The position numbers and the translations under genes were made by a program. Under the pieces are notes generated by a model, which worked only from the letters and a program-made list of their open reading frames with translations, did no database searches and was not told the origin of the DNA. A stretch of 43,488 nt of DNA from a virus. Where the stretch lies: the IMG/VR virus record IMGVR_UViG_3300037422_000481; one strand, written 5' to 3'. The stretch's first letter is position 1; each line of letters starts with the position of its first letter. Positions 33,409-42,568 of this stretch are shown piece after piece.

Positions 33409-33438
33409 GCCCGCCCAGGCGCGGGGGCCTGAGCGGGC
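33409..33438 (-). terminator. Stem-loop between the first and second decoration-like genes. Possible attenuator or mRNA-stabilising hairpin; there is no U-tract.
   Basis: An 11-bp stem gcccgcccagg (33409-33419) pairs with cctgagcgggc (33428-33438), with one G-U pair on the minus-strand RNA. Confidence 0.35.
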
Positions 33439-33452
33439 TTCGGGTTGATGGG

Positions 33453-33983
33453 TCAGGTGTCCGCAGCGTTGCGGAACGCCGGGCTTGCGCCCTCGAACCA
33501 CACCTGCGCCAGGATCTCGACTCCGGAGTTCTTCGCTTCCTCCGCGCGCGCGACCAGCCGTCCCACGACGGTCGGCGTCGAGCTGCGGAAGTCGATCACT
33601 CCGGCGGCGGTCACGATTCCTTCCTGGCCGCGCACCCAGGCCGAGGCCGCCCCCGACGACAAGGCGAGCACTCTCGTCTGGCCGTAGAGACGGACGCGAC
33701 CCGTGGCGCCGGCCGCGATGACCTCCTGGCACACGCCGAAGATCGACAGGCGCCCGGTGATGCCGAGCAGCCCTGCTTGCGGAAGGATGACGTGGTTGTA
33801 GCCGCTGCCGTTCACGCCGAACTTGAGGTTCAGCGTGTCGGCGTCGATCACGGCGAGGTCGAGCTGGACCACGCGTCCCACAGGGAACGAGGTCGCAGCG
33901 GTGACGTTCTTCACGGAGATGTCCTGCGGACCGCGCTGGTAGCCCAGCGGGCCGGTCGCAGTCATCGCGGGGGTCCCACTCAT
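33453..33983 (-). CDS. Head decoration/cement-like protein, 176 aa. A more distant member of the same array.
   Basis: Track ORF. ATG 33983 follows AAAGGAG with an 8-nt spacer, immediately downstream of the capsid gene. The pattern ...GRVVQLD...GITGRLSIFGVCQEVIAAGATGRVRLYGQ...VVGRLVARAEEA...VEILAQVWFEG resembles the small beta-rich capsid decoration proteins (DUF2190-like). Confidence 0.5.
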   Translation of the reverse strand: MSGTPAMTATGPLGYQRGPQDISVKNVTAATSFPVGRVVQLDLAVIDADTLNLKFGVNGSGYNHVILPQAGLLGITGRLSIFGVCQEVIAAGATGRVRLYGQTRVLALSSGAASAWVRGQEGIVTAAGVIDFRSSTPTVVGRLVARAEEAKNSGVEILAQVWFEGASPAFRNAADT

Positions 33984-33996
33984 TGGGCGTGCTCCT

Positions 33997-35208
33997 TTAC
34001 GCGAAGGCCGTAGCGGACGGCGAGACCTGCACGTGACGACGTCGGCTGCGGCACACGTTGTTGTGCCACATGTCGACGATCATGATGTGCGTGTAGGGCT
34101 GCTTGGAGGGGGAGAACGGCGCCTTCTTGTAGAAGTAGCGATCGCGGTGGATCGTCTTCAGCATGAACTGGCCGTTGATCCCGTAGTAGCGCGGTCCGTT
34201 CAGCGTGGCCGTCACTTCGGTGGCCAGCGCGCCGGCAGCACCGGCGTAGAGAGCAGCGGTGTCGAGGTCGCTGATGTACACGATCTCGACGCCGCGGAAC
34301 GTGGGACTTCCGAAGGCGGGGTCTTGCCGGCCGGTCCACACGAAAGTGTCCTGGCCTTGACGGAGGGCCGACTCGTAGATGCCCACGCCCCACAGCGAGG
34401 TCGCGTAGAAGCTGGGCACGCTGGCCGGGTCCGAGATGCGCGGGTACTTCGGCACTTGGTCGAAGCGCACGCGGAAGTAGCCGCGAGACATGGCGCGGAA
34501 GAGGTGCGTGGTCGCGTTGCTGCCCGTGTCGCCGCTCAGCGGTCCGACGACGCCGTACAGCTCGACCGCGTTCCGCCAGTTCGGCTTGCTCGCCGGAGCG
34601 ATCCCCATCACGGTGGTCCACGCCGTCGCGTCCGGTCCGTTGAGCGGCACCGTGCCGAACTGCGCCGTGTTGGGCAGGTCGGCCGAGCCGTTCTCGGTGA
34701 TGAACGCGTTCAGCGTGTAGGGCGTCTCGCCGTCCGAGGCTTCCATCTCGGCGACGTCCGGGCCGGCCCAGAACTGGTCGTCGATGAACTTCAGAAGCCC
34801 CGTGTAGAGGTTCATTTCCTTGGAATATTTGATGTCCTTGAACTTCTGGATCCGAGCTCCCTGGGACATCTCTCCGACGTTCAGGCCGATCTCGTGATCG
34901 GTCCACACCATCTCGTCCTTGGTGAAGCGCCACGGTATGCTCCACTGCGAGAGCACCTGCGGGTTTCTGTAATTAAACTCCGCGTTCGGCTTGTAGTTGG
35001 CCGAGTTGGAGTCGACTCCGAGGAAGATGTTGTCTTTGACGCTGTTTCCGCCCTGCACCATCTCCCGCATCGTCTTTCCGAAGATGAAGCGCGGGAGCGT
35101 GTAGGTGTTCTTCACCGCATCGTTCACGATATCCTCGGGGCCGGTCAAGAATGCCGGACCCGTGGAGAGCACGAAGTCGGTGAAGACGTCGATTGCCGAG
35201 CCAGCCAC
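33997..35208 (-). CDS. Major capsid protein, 403 aa.
   Basis: Track ORF. GTG 35208 follows GGAGG with a 9-nt spacer. It lies directly after the scaffold-like gene and before the decoration genes. The size and composition are typical of HK97-fold capsid proteins. Confidence 0.75.
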   Translation of the reverse strand: MAGSAIDVFTDFVLSTGPAFLTGPEDIVNDAVKNTYTLPRFIFGKTMREMVQGGNSVKDNIFLGVDSNSANYKPNAEFNYRNPQVLSQWSIPWRFTKDEMVWTDHEIGLNVGEMSQGARIQKFKDIKYSKEMNLYTGLLKFIDDQFWAGPDVAEMEASDGETPYTLNAFITENGSADLPNTAQFGTVPLNGPDATAWTTVMGIAPASKPNWRNAVELYGVVGPLSGDTGSNATTHLFRAMSRGYFRVRFDQVPKYPRISDPASVPSFYATSLWGVGIYESALRQGQDTFVWTGRQDPAFGSPTFRGVEIVYISDLDTAALYAGAAGALATEVTATLNGPRYYGINGQFMLKTIHRDRYFYKKAPFSPSKQPYTHIMIVDMWHNNVCRSRRRHVQVSPSATAFA

Positions 35209-35229
35209 TTGTAGTTACCTCCGTGGTCG

Positions 35230-36543
35230 TCAGCGTTTTCGGGACGCGCGCTCCATCGCTCTTTCGAGTTCGTTCTGAACTTCCTTGTCTCCGCGTTCTC
35301 GAGCCTGCAGCCACTTCGTCTCGAGCTGATCGCGATCGAGCGTCGCGAAGGGCGCGCGCTCGGCCGTGATTCGAGTATTGGTGAGCTGTCCGTTCTCTCG
35401 CGCCGCGTGAGCCACCCGGCGACTCTCGCGCTCCTTGCGGGAGAGCGGATCGCCGAGTCTCGCCCGTGCTGCGTCGCTGAAGGCCTGCTCGATTCCTCGG
35501 AGGCCTGGGGCGTATGCACGGCGCTTGAGACCTGCCTCGAGCAGCGAGTGGCCAAGGTTGGCAATGCGCGCCCACAGGTCGTCGTCTGATTTCAGCTTGG
35601 GGAAACGCTCCCCGAGCCTAGTGCGCACGCGTTCCTCGATGAGCTCGTTGACCAGGTTCTCGCGGGCTCGCGCCTCGCGGGAAATGGAGGTCGCCTTGCC
35701 CAGCACCTTGCGCAGCGCAGCGCTCGTCTTCTGGCCCAGGGCGTCGTCGGCGAAACCTTCGACGAGGTACCCCTCCAGCTCTTCGATCGCGTCGTCGAGC
35801 GTGGCGTTGTAACGAGCGTCGCCAGTGACTGGCTCGGCAGAGTCGTCTTCCGGCTCTCGTGCACGCTCTCGGCCGTTGCGTCGACCGTTCTGGATGTCCC
35901 TGGACCGTTCGGCGAACCTGGAGTCGACATCCGACTGAGAACGAGCGCGCTTCTCTCCGATCCGGAGGACCGCCTTGTCGCTCAGCTTGTCGAGCTCCTT
36001 CTCCGTCCAGCCATCACGCCGAAGTGCCTTGATGGCCCGCTCCATGCGGACCTCGGTGTCGTCGCGTTCGCTGGATCCGTCCCCGTCGAGATCCTCGGCG
36101 GGTGTTTCGTCCTCCTCCTCGAGCTCCTCCTCAAGCTCCTCGCCCTCACCCCTCTCCGGCTCTGCCTCCTCGCCGCGCTCCATCCACTGCTTGAAGCGCC
36201 CCTGCTCGTCGCGGATGACGCCCTTCTCCTTGGACTTCGCGTCCCAAGTGATCGGCTTCCCGGGGTCGAAGCGGTCAGCGCGCTCGGTCTCTTCCTCTTC
36301 TTCCTCCGCCTTCGCACGGGTGCGGCCGCGCCGTGACTCGCTTCCTGTCCCTTCCTCGGAGCGTCCACGGCCGCGACCTCGAGCCACGCCGTGCTTGGCC
36401 TCGAGGTCACGCAGGTGCGCGTCTTCGTCGGCGTCGCTGCGGTGCGGAGCCTGCGTCCCGAGCGCTGCTGCGGCCGGGGAGGTGGAATCGACGTTGCGCG
36501 CGCGCGTGCCCGGATCGAGCTCCGGGTCTGCCGTCTGCGACAT
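35230..36543 (-). CDS. Scaffolding-like protein, 437 aa.
   Basis: ATG 36543 is an internal start of track ORF 35230..36609. The sequence is extremely charged and helical, with low complexity (EEEEETER..., EELEEELEEEDE...). It lies between the portal and capsid genes. Confidence 0.6.
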   Translation of the reverse strand: MSQTADPELDPGTRARNVDSTSPAAAALGTQAPHRSDADEDAHLRDLEAKHGVARGRGRGRSEEGTGSESRRGRTRAKAEEEEEETERADRFDPGKPITWDAKSKEKGVIRDEQGRFKQWMERGEEAEPERGEGEELEEELEEEDETPAEDLDGDGSSERDDTEVRMERAIKALRRDGWTEKELDKLSDKAVLRIGEKRARSQSDVDSRFAERSRDIQNGRRNGRERAREPEDDSAEPVTGDARYNATLDDAIEELEGYLVEGFADDALGQKTSAALRKVLGKATSISREARARENLVNELIEERVRTRLGERFPKLKSDDDLWARIANLGHSLLEAGLKRRAYAPGLRGIEQAFSDAARARLGDPLSRKERESRRVAHAARENGQLTNTRITAERAPFATLDRDQLETKWLQARERGDKEVQNELERAMERASRKR

Positions 36544-36618
36544 TCTGCGCCTGTGGATTGGGCGCGGTTCGGGTGCTCTATCCCTACCCCTGGGGGCGGG
36601 CGCGCGCAAGGGCCGTGC

Positions 36619-37071
36619 TCACGCGCGCCCCTTCCTGGGGCCCTTGCGCCGCCGGCGATGCGCCCGTCCTGGCGGTGGCCCCTCGATCACGACGGTGGGG
36701 ATCTTGCTCATGGCGTGGGCCTTCTGGCAGCGCGGCGTACGCTCGCAGGTGGCCGGCATGGCGCCGTAGGCGAGCTCGGGGTGGCGCGCCAGGAACTCGT
36801 CGAGCTCGCGCCGGCTGGTGAAGCGTGGCTGCCCGTAACTCGCGCTCTTCGGGTCGCGGTCGTAGGCGGGCGCGTCCGGATACCACTGCGGCAACTGCCA
36901 CGACACGAAGTGCACGTCCTTGGCCGGCTCGGTCGACTGCCACGAGACCACGCGCCGGCAGGGCCCGTGCCCCTCGAGTGCGACGAGCTCGCCGATCGGA
37001 GGAGCCTTGCCGAAGGGGAAGTCGGCCTCGACCTTCGCGCCGTCGCTCCGCTCGAACTCGTAGAGAGTCAC
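36619..37071 (-). CDS. Hypothetical protein, 150 aa, with a basic C-terminal tail.
   Basis: GTG 37071 overlaps the TGA of the upstream micro-ORF (GTGA). Internal start of track ORF 36619..37170. Confidence 0.55.
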   Translation of the reverse strand: MTLYEFERSDGAKVEADFPFGKAPPIGELVALEGHGPCRRVVSWQSTEPAKDVHFVSWQLPQWYPDAPAYDRDPKSASYGQPRFTSRRELDEFLARHPELAYGAMPATCERTPRCQKAHAMSKIPTVVIEGPPPGRAHRRRRKGPRKGRA

Positions 37072-37229
37072 GTGTTCCCGCCTCGCGCCTTCTCCCGCCG
37101 ACGCTCGAGCTGGATCTGCCGCAGCTCGCGCAGCGCGTTCACCGTGTAGACGACCGCGTACGCGACGCACACGGCGGCGAGCGCCAGCACCTGCCCGATC
37201 GCGGACTCGAGGATCCCTTCCAGGGTCAT
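37068..37229 (-). CDS. Small single-pass membrane protein, 53 aa (MTLEGILESAIGQVLALAAVCVAYAVVYTVNALRELRQIQLERRREKARGGNT).
   Basis: Not in the track. ATG 37229 overlaps the portal TGA (ATGA), and its own TGA overlaps the next GTG (GTGA). Third-position G/C is high. Confidence 0.5.
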   Translation of the reverse strand: MTLEGILESAIGQVLALAAVCVAYAVVYTVNALRELRQIQLERRREKARGGNT

Positions 37230-39253
37230 GACTTCTCCTTCGTGGTTGAGCTCGTGCCGAGCGAGCGGTTGCTGCGCCCCGCGCCAGGTAGTCTACCCAG
37301 CGCCCGCCCGGACGCCGCAGCAGGACCCCGTGAGCTCACCATCCCCGCGCGCGGGGCGCGCACGTCGGCCTTGGCCCCGCCGCCCCCCGGTCCGCCGGGC
37401 CGCGCCTGCTGCGGGCGTGCCTGGCCGAGCTGCGCGTAGTTCTGACCGCGCGAGTTCAAGAGGTGCCCGGGCGAGCGCTGCGTGCTGGCCGGCGTCTGCG
37501 CGCCCATGACCGAGGCGCCCATCTGCGCCTGGAGCTGCTGCGCGTGGCGTTGCATCTCCTTCCAGTCCACGAGCTCGGCCAGGTCGGGGACCTGGAAGGC
37601 CACGCCGACGTGCTTGGCGATCTCGGGCCACTTCGCCTCCGGGAACTGCACCATCATCGGCATCGTGCCGACCAGCCACTCCATGGCCGAGACGACCTGA
37701 GCGGAGTAGCCGGAGTCCATGAGGCGCTGCGAGAAGGGCTCCACGTCGAGCTCGAGCGCAGCCAGCGGCACATCCTGCGCCGTGATCCCTCCTTGGTAGC
37801 GCAGCCGCCTGACCTTGTTCGGGTCGATGCCGAGCTCCTCGAACGCCTCCTGGTCGAGCTCGATCACCGTGCGGTTGTCGTGGTAGATGAAGTGCAGCGC
37901 GTTCTTGAGACCGGCGACCGTGCCGAGCTTGAATTGGAGGTCCACCCACTCCACGCGCGTCTCGCTCGCGCCGGCCGCTCGGTCCACTTCCGTGGCCGTG
38001 CCGCGGCCCTCGATCGAGCCGCGCGAGGGCGTGTCCAAGTGCAACGTGCGGTTCACGCGGTCGCGCGCGATCGCGCTGTACGCGATCTGCTGGTCGGTGA
38101 TCCCGCCGACCTCGGCCTCCTGCATCTTGTCCTTGGAGAAGCCGACCAGCGGCAGGATGCCGTGGTGCCCGATGTTCGCGATCGCGTTCTGGATCCGTGG
38201 ATCGGTCTTGTCCACCACGATGAAGCGCTTGTAGTCCTTCGCGCTCTCGGAGAGCGAGCGTGCGTGCGCGTTGGCGTCCTTGATCTGCTCCTCGGCCACG
38301 GCGAGCGGTGAGAGGTGTCGCGTGGATCCGGGCACGAAGTGCACGCCGAAGAGCGTGAAGGGTCCCTCCATTGGCCCGTAGTAGGGGCGCGGCTTGCGTA
38401 GCCAACTCGAGGGTGACGAGCCGTTTGGCGTCTCGACCGGCAGCGTGAGCGTCAGCCCGTGGAACCCCCACGCGCGCCAGCCGCGCACGGGCCCGCCGCC
38501 CTCGAACTCGGCTTCGGGCACCCACTCCTCGCTCCAGCACACGAGGTCGCGTCCAGTGTCGACGTCGACGTCGTTCTGCTGCAGCAGCTCCTTCGCGATC
38601 CCCTTCGGCAGAGCCTGGATCTCGGCCAGAGACCAGCCCTGGTCGGGGAAGGCGTGCGCTCGCGCAAGCAGCTCCTCGCGCAGCGCGAAGCACACACGCC
38701 CGCGGAAGCGCACCTCGTCCGGCTGGCGCGCGAGCGCGTCGTCGTGGTAGCAGTCGGGTGAGAGGCGGTACGGGTAGGGGGAGTGCGGGATGCCTGGCAC
38801 GTCCGGCTCTTCCGGATCCAGCCCCTCCATCGGTCGCGCGCCCGGAATGCCCTGCTGCGAGGTCAGCATCACGCCGTGCGCGAACTGCATGTCGACGAGC
38901 AGCCAGGAGAGCAACACCTGCAGGTTGCGGTCCTTGATCCAGCGATTCATCGCGAGCTCGAGCACCTTGGCGATGCGCCCCACGCTGCGCTCGCTGCGCA
39001 CAGAGCCGATCCGCACGCGCGGTGCGTTGTAAGCGCTGCGCGGGGTGATGTAGCTGGTCCAGTCCGCGTAGTCGTTCTCGAGCGCCGCGTCCGCGACCGC
39101 GACGTCGGTCCGGAAGTACTTCCCGTGGTACTTCTTGATCATAGGCAGCACGGGCGCGATGTGCGCCTCGGTCTTCGCCATCGCCGCCTTCATCTCGCGC
39201 CACATGCGACCCGGGTCGCCCCACCACGCCGCCGTGTCGATGCGCTCGGCCAC
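37226..39253 (-). CDS. Portal protein, about 675 aa.
   Basis: Internal GTG 39253 of track ORF 37226..39376, 5 nt after the upstream TAG. ATG 39205 is an alternative start. The size and the position (terL, small gene, this gene, scaffold, capsid) fit a portal. Confidence 0.7.
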   Translation of the reverse strand: MAERIDTAAWWGDPGRMWREMKAAMAKTEAHIAPVLPMIKKYHGKYFRTDVAVADAALENDYADWTSYITPRSAYNAPRVRIGSVRSERSVGRIAKVLELAMNRWIKDRNLQVLLSWLLVDMQFAHGVMLTSQQGIPGARPMEGLDPEEPDVPGIPHSPYPYRLSPDCYHDDALARQPDEVRFRGRVCFALREELLARAHAFPDQGWSLAEIQALPKGIAKELLQQNDVDVDTGRDLVCWSEEWVPEAEFEGGGPVRGWRAWGFHGLTLTLPVETPNGSSPSSWLRKPRPYYGPMEGPFTLFGVHFVPGSTRHLSPLAVAEEQIKDANAHARSLSESAKDYKRFIVVDKTDPRIQNAIANIGHHGILPLVGFSKDKMQEAEVGGITDQQIAYSAIARDRVNRTLHLDTPSRGSIEGRGTATEVDRAAGASETRVEWVDLQFKLGTVAGLKNALHFIYHDNRTVIELDQEAFEELGIDPNKVRRLRYQGGITAQDVPLAALELDVEPFSQRLMDSGYSAQVVSAMEWLVGTMPMMVQFPEAKWPEIAKHVGVAFQVPDLAELVDWKEMQRHAQQLQAQMGASVMGAQTPASTQRSPGHLLNSRGQNYAQLGQARPQQARPGGPGGGGAKADVRAPRAGMVSSRGPAAASGRALGRLPGAGRSNRSLGTSSTTKEKS

Positions 39254-39258
39254 CGCTG

Positions 39259-39771
39259 CTAGTCTTCGCTGGGCCGCAGCGCTTGGAAGCCCGACGCCAG
39301 CATCATCGACGGGCGCCGGAAGTACACGTGGATCCGGTAGTCGTCGCCGCCCGTAGCGGGGATGAGCAAGCCCCACGGCTGGCTGATCACGATCCCGCGC
39401 GAGAACATGATCGGCGTCGCCGGCAGATTCTGGAGCGTCGGAGAGACCGCGCGGTGGTCCGTCGCGACCGGCATGTTGGCGAGTCCGCTGAGGGCCGCGC
39501 CGGTCTCGTCGACGAACGAGAAGACGCGCGGGTCGGTCGCCGGGAAGACGATGATCTGGTAGCCCTCGAGCACGGTGAACGGCTCGAGCCGGATGATGCT
39601 CGCCTCCTTGTCGGGCGTGTAGAGTCCGCCGCCCGAGGGGAAGATCGGTACACCCGTGGCGCCGGCCACGGAGGTGAGCACGTCCATGAAGTCGGCTGCG
39701 ACGTCGGCTTGCCCAACGGCCGTGGTCCTTTCATCGGACGGTTCGGGACCGTCCCCTGCTTCACGCGCCAT
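39259..39771 (-). CDS. Hypothetical protein, 170 aa, between terL and the portal.
   Basis: Track ORF. ATG 39771 overlaps the end of terL by 11 nt. Confidence 0.6.
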   Translation of the reverse strand: MAREAGDGPEPSDERTTAVGQADVAADFMDVLTSVAGATGVPIFPSGGGLYTPDKEASIIRLEPFTVLEGYQIIVFPATDPRVFSFVDETGAALSGLANMPVATDHRAVSPTLQNLPATPIMFSRGIVISQPWGLLIPATGGDDYRIHVYFRRPSMMLASGFQALRPSED

Positions 39772-41326
39772 CGTCGAACCTCACTTTGTCGTGCTCCAGG
39801 ATCGCTCCAATGCTGTCCTCAGGGACCGTTCTCACCTGCTCCCGCGGCGGAGTCAAGTCCTTGCCGAAGGCCCAGACCGCAGCGTACTGAGTCGCGTCGC
39901 ACCCGTGGTCGGGACAGGCCCGGTCCGGCTCCTCCTTGACGGGCTTGCCATCCTTCCACTGCGCCCACACGTAGCCGGGGATCTCGTCCTCGGTGCAGTT
40001 GGGCTTGTGCTCCTCGGCGAGCGCCTGATCGGGAGACTCGAGCGCGTCCCAGCACAGGTAGAGCCGCGGCGGGGATTCGGCGAGCTCAACGCCTTGGCCT
40101 TCTCCGGGCGCGAGCCCGTAGCGCACCGTGTCGATGCGCACCTGCTTGTCTTGCACGCCTCCGATCGCCAGGTGCGGTGTGTCGCGCGCGCCAACCTCGA
40201 TCAGCCGGCGATTCAGGAACTCGATCAGGTCCGGACGCGACGGGTCACAGACAACAGCCGCGAGCCCATAGCGCTTGTAGAACCGCGCCACGTGCTCCGC
40301 CCAGGCGTCCAGCTGCAACGCTCGTCTGTAGATTTCGTGGATCCGGTAGATGCGCTCGCACTTGCCGACCACGCCCCACACCTGGAGACAGCCGGGTGCG
40401 CGGTGGCCCCAGTCGAAGCTCGCGAAGTACCAGTCGAAGGTCAGGCGCCCCCGCTCGTCGCGTCGATGGCCGTCCTTGAGCGCGGTCCCGTCGACGCCCG
40501 TCGCATCGCGGTAGACCATGTGCTTGTCGCGATCGAAGATCTCCCACACCTGGCCTTCGGCTCCCACCCACTCGCCGCGCAGGAGACGGCCGCGCTGCGG
40601 ACCCGTGAGGGTCTCGAGCTTCGCCATGTACTTCGCGCCGTCGAGCGTCAGCTCGCCCGAGACCTGGTCGTACAGCACCGGGTTGTCGGTGTGGCGCGAG
40701 AGCAGGCGACGCATCTGCATCTCGCCTTCGCGCGGCTCGCCGAGCAACCGCACCAGCTCGGGCGTGCGCTCGAGTCGTCGCTTCGCGCGCCGGTTGAGCC
40801 AGTGCTGCTCGTGGTCCGGGTTCGTATCGGCGATGATCTGGTTCCAGGGCAGGTGCCCGTTCCGGCAGCGCGTGAACAGCGCTTGCCAGTCCTCCTCCGA
40901 GAGCTCGCGCGCCTCGAGCGCGACGATGATGTCGTACTCCGTCGACATGATCCGGCTCGACTTGTCCATCCCGCCGAGGACCACGCGCGAGCGCCCGCGA
41001 TAGGTAACGCCGTCGACCGTGTTCATCCCCCACGGGAACTCGTAGGCGTGCCTCTGCTCGGCCGAGCCGCCCCTCCGCATGCAGGCGTCGTCGGGGAGTA
41101 CGCGCTGCTCCCACGTCACGCAGCCCGACTCCGTGAGCGACGCGCGCGTCTTGCGCACGAGCAGGATGCGCACCCCAGGGAACGTGACGCAGACCCAGTA
41201 GACGTACTCAAGGACCCCGCGCGTCTTGCCGCAGCCGGCCGGTCCCTCAAGCAGGATCTCCTGCTCGCGCGCGAAGAAGAGATCTCGGATGGCCCCGCAA
41301 GGCCGGAAGCTGACGGCACTTACCAC
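39761..41326 (-). CDS. terL: Terminase large subunit, 521 aa.
   Basis: Walker A is GPAGCGKT. Walker B-like is YDIIVALEA. The C-terminal RNase-H-like nuclease acidic motifs are ASFDWGH and PDHGCDATQYA. The GTG 41326 start is uncertain because GAGG is immediately adjacent. Confidence 0.9.
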   Translation of the reverse strand: MVSAVSFRPCGAIRDLFFAREQEILLEGPAGCGKTRGVLEYVYWVCVTFPGVRILLVRKTRASLTESGCVTWEQRVLPDDACMRRGGSAEQRHAYEFPWGMNTVDGVTYRGRSRVVLGGMDKSSRIMSTEYDIIVALEARELSEEDWQALFTRCRNGHLPWNQIIADTNPDHEQHWLNRRAKRRLERTPELVRLLGEPREGEMQMRRLLSRHTDNPVLYDQVSGELTLDGAKYMAKLETLTGPQRGRLLRGEWVGAEGQVWEIFDRDKHMVYRDATGVDGTALKDGHRRDERGRLTFDWYFASFDWGHRAPGCLQVWGVVGKCERIYRIHEIYRRALQLDAWAEHVARFYKRYGLAAVVCDPSRPDLIEFLNRRLIEVGARDTPHLAIGGVQDKQVRIDTVRYGLAPGEGQGVELAESPPRLYLCWDALESPDQALAEEHKPNCTEDEIPGYVWAQWKDGKPVKEEPDRACPDHGCDATQYAAVWAFGKDLTPPREQVRTVPEDSIGAILEHDKVRFDDGA

Positions 41327-41420
41327 CCTCTATTGGAAATTCTCTGGAAACTCGGCGCGACGTGGCTAGGCTGTGTCTGCACAAGGCGACGTGTTCGCCT
41401 ACCAACGGGAGACTATACCG
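41327..41420. promoter_or_regulatory. Divergent intergenic region between terL (minus) and the plus-strand island. Presumed promoter region.
   Basis: This is one of the most AT-rich stretches I noticed in the window (tattggaaattctctggaaactc). TGGAAA is repeated with 11-bp spacing. GGGAGA lies 8 nt before ATG 41421. I could not identify a confident -35/-10 pair. Confidence 0.4.
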
Positions 41421-41654
41421 ATGAGCAAAGAAGCGTACATGACAGTCATCACCTACCAACATGCGCCGCACTACGGCGGGCGCGGTATCGCGCTCTGCGC
41501 GTCCTGTGCGACCGAGGACACGCGGACGGAGGCGTGTGATCTACCGTCGCTCGGGCCGGTCTCGCACGGGCTCCACGCGGGGCAGTGCCAGTGCCCATGC
41601 CACGCCACGCGCGCCAGCGCCGTGCGCGTGGAAGGCGAGGAGGCGCAGCCGTGA
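41421..41654 (+). CDS. Cys/His-rich small protein, 77 aa. First gene of the plus-strand island.
   Basis: ATG 41421 follows GGGAGA with an 8-nt spacer. The Cys/His-rich segment is ...CASC...C...HGLHAGQCQCPCH.... Its C-terminus EGEEAQP and stop lie in the same 27-nt junction motif that ends both pentapeptide-repeat genes. Confidence 0.6.
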   Translation: MSKEAYMTVITYQHAPHYGGRGIALCASCATEDTRTEACDLPSLGPVSHGLHAGQCQCPCHATRASAVRVEGEEAQP

Positions 41655-42568
41655 GCGCCCTCGGCCCGATCCCCGCGCACCTGGCCGCGTACCCCTGGTA
41701 TGCGCCGCACCAGGCGTACCTGCTCTCGGTAAGCTCCGCTGCGTATGATCCAGGGGGGGCCACTCCGCAGCGGGCCGTGCTCGACCGTGCGAGTCTCGAC
41801 GGTGCGAGTCTCGACGGTGCGATCCTCGACGGTGCGAGTCTCGACGGTGCGAGTCTCGTCGGTGCGAGTCTCGACGGTGCGAGTCTCGTCGGTGCGCGTC
41901 TCGTCGGTGCGCGTCTCGACGGTGCGAGTCTCGTCGGTGCGATCCTCGACCGTGCGAGTCTCGTCGGTGCGCGTCTCGTCGGTGCGAGTCTCGTCGGTGC
42001 GCGTCTCGTCGGTGCGATCCTCGTCGGTGCGCGTCTCGTCGGTGCGAGTCTCGACCGTGCGCGTCTCGACGGTGCGAGTCTCGACCGTGCGCGTCTCGAC
42101 GGTGCGCGTCTCGTCGGTGCGCGTCTCGTCGGTGCGAGTCTCGACCGTGCGCGTCTCGTCGGTGCGAGTCTCGACCGTGCGCGTCTCGACGGTGCGCGTC
42201 TCGACGGTGCGAGTCTCGACCGTGCGAGTCTCGACCGTGCGAGTCTCGACCGTGCGAGTCTCGACGGTGCGATCCTCGACCGTGCGAGTCTCGTCGGTGC
42301 GACGATGCCCGACGGCCGCGTGTGGGAGGACTACCGCGCCGACCACTACGCCGGCATCTGCGACACGCCTGAGGTCCGCGCGCGCGCCGATGCCGCTTGG
42401 GACCGCCACACGTGGAAAGACTGCCCGTTGCGCGCGGCGTTGGGCCTCGATTCGGCGGCGGCTGCTGGGGACAAGGCGCTCCTCGTCGCTTGCTGGGTGG
42501 CCTGCTACGACGCGGACCTCCTGCCGGACCCGGTCGCGACCGCCAGCGGCGAGGAGGCGCAGCCGTGA
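41651..42568 (+). CDS. Pentapeptide-repeat protein 1, 305 aa. The core is 35 x A-[S/R/I]-L-[D/V]-[G/R] and is roughly charge-neutral.
   Basis: GTG 41651 overlaps the upstream TGA (GTGA), with GGAGG 8 nt upstream. It has 35 consecutive 5-residue units (41774-42298). These are flanked by a 41-aa N-terminal segment and an ~89-aa Cys-containing C-terminal domain. Confidence 0.85.
   Translation: MSALGPIPAHLAAYPWYAPHQAYLLSVSSAAYDPGGATPQRAVLDRASLDGASLDGAILDGASLDGASLVGASLDGASLVGARLVGARLDGASLVGAILDRASLVGARLVGASLVGARLVGAILVGARLVGASLDRARLDGASLDRARLDGARLVGARLVGASLDRARLVGASLDRARLDGARLDGASLDRASLDRASLDRASLDGAILDRASLVGATMPDGRVWEDYRADHYAGICDTPEVRARADAAWDRHTWKDCPLRAALGLDSAAAAGDKALLVACWVACYDADLLPDPVATASGEEAQP
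41774..42298 (+). repeat. Array of 35 x 15-nt units (consensus gcgagtctcgacggt) encoding the repeat core of protein 1.
   Basis: Read directly. After the first unit, every unit is gcg-[agt/cgt/atc]-ctc-[gac/gtc]-[ggt/cgt]. Confidence 0.95.

Noticed and set aside
41363-41381. A sigma-54-type promoter (TGGCTAGGCTGTGTCTGCA).
   Set aside because: The spacing between the GG and GC elements is about three bases too long for the -24/-12 consensus.
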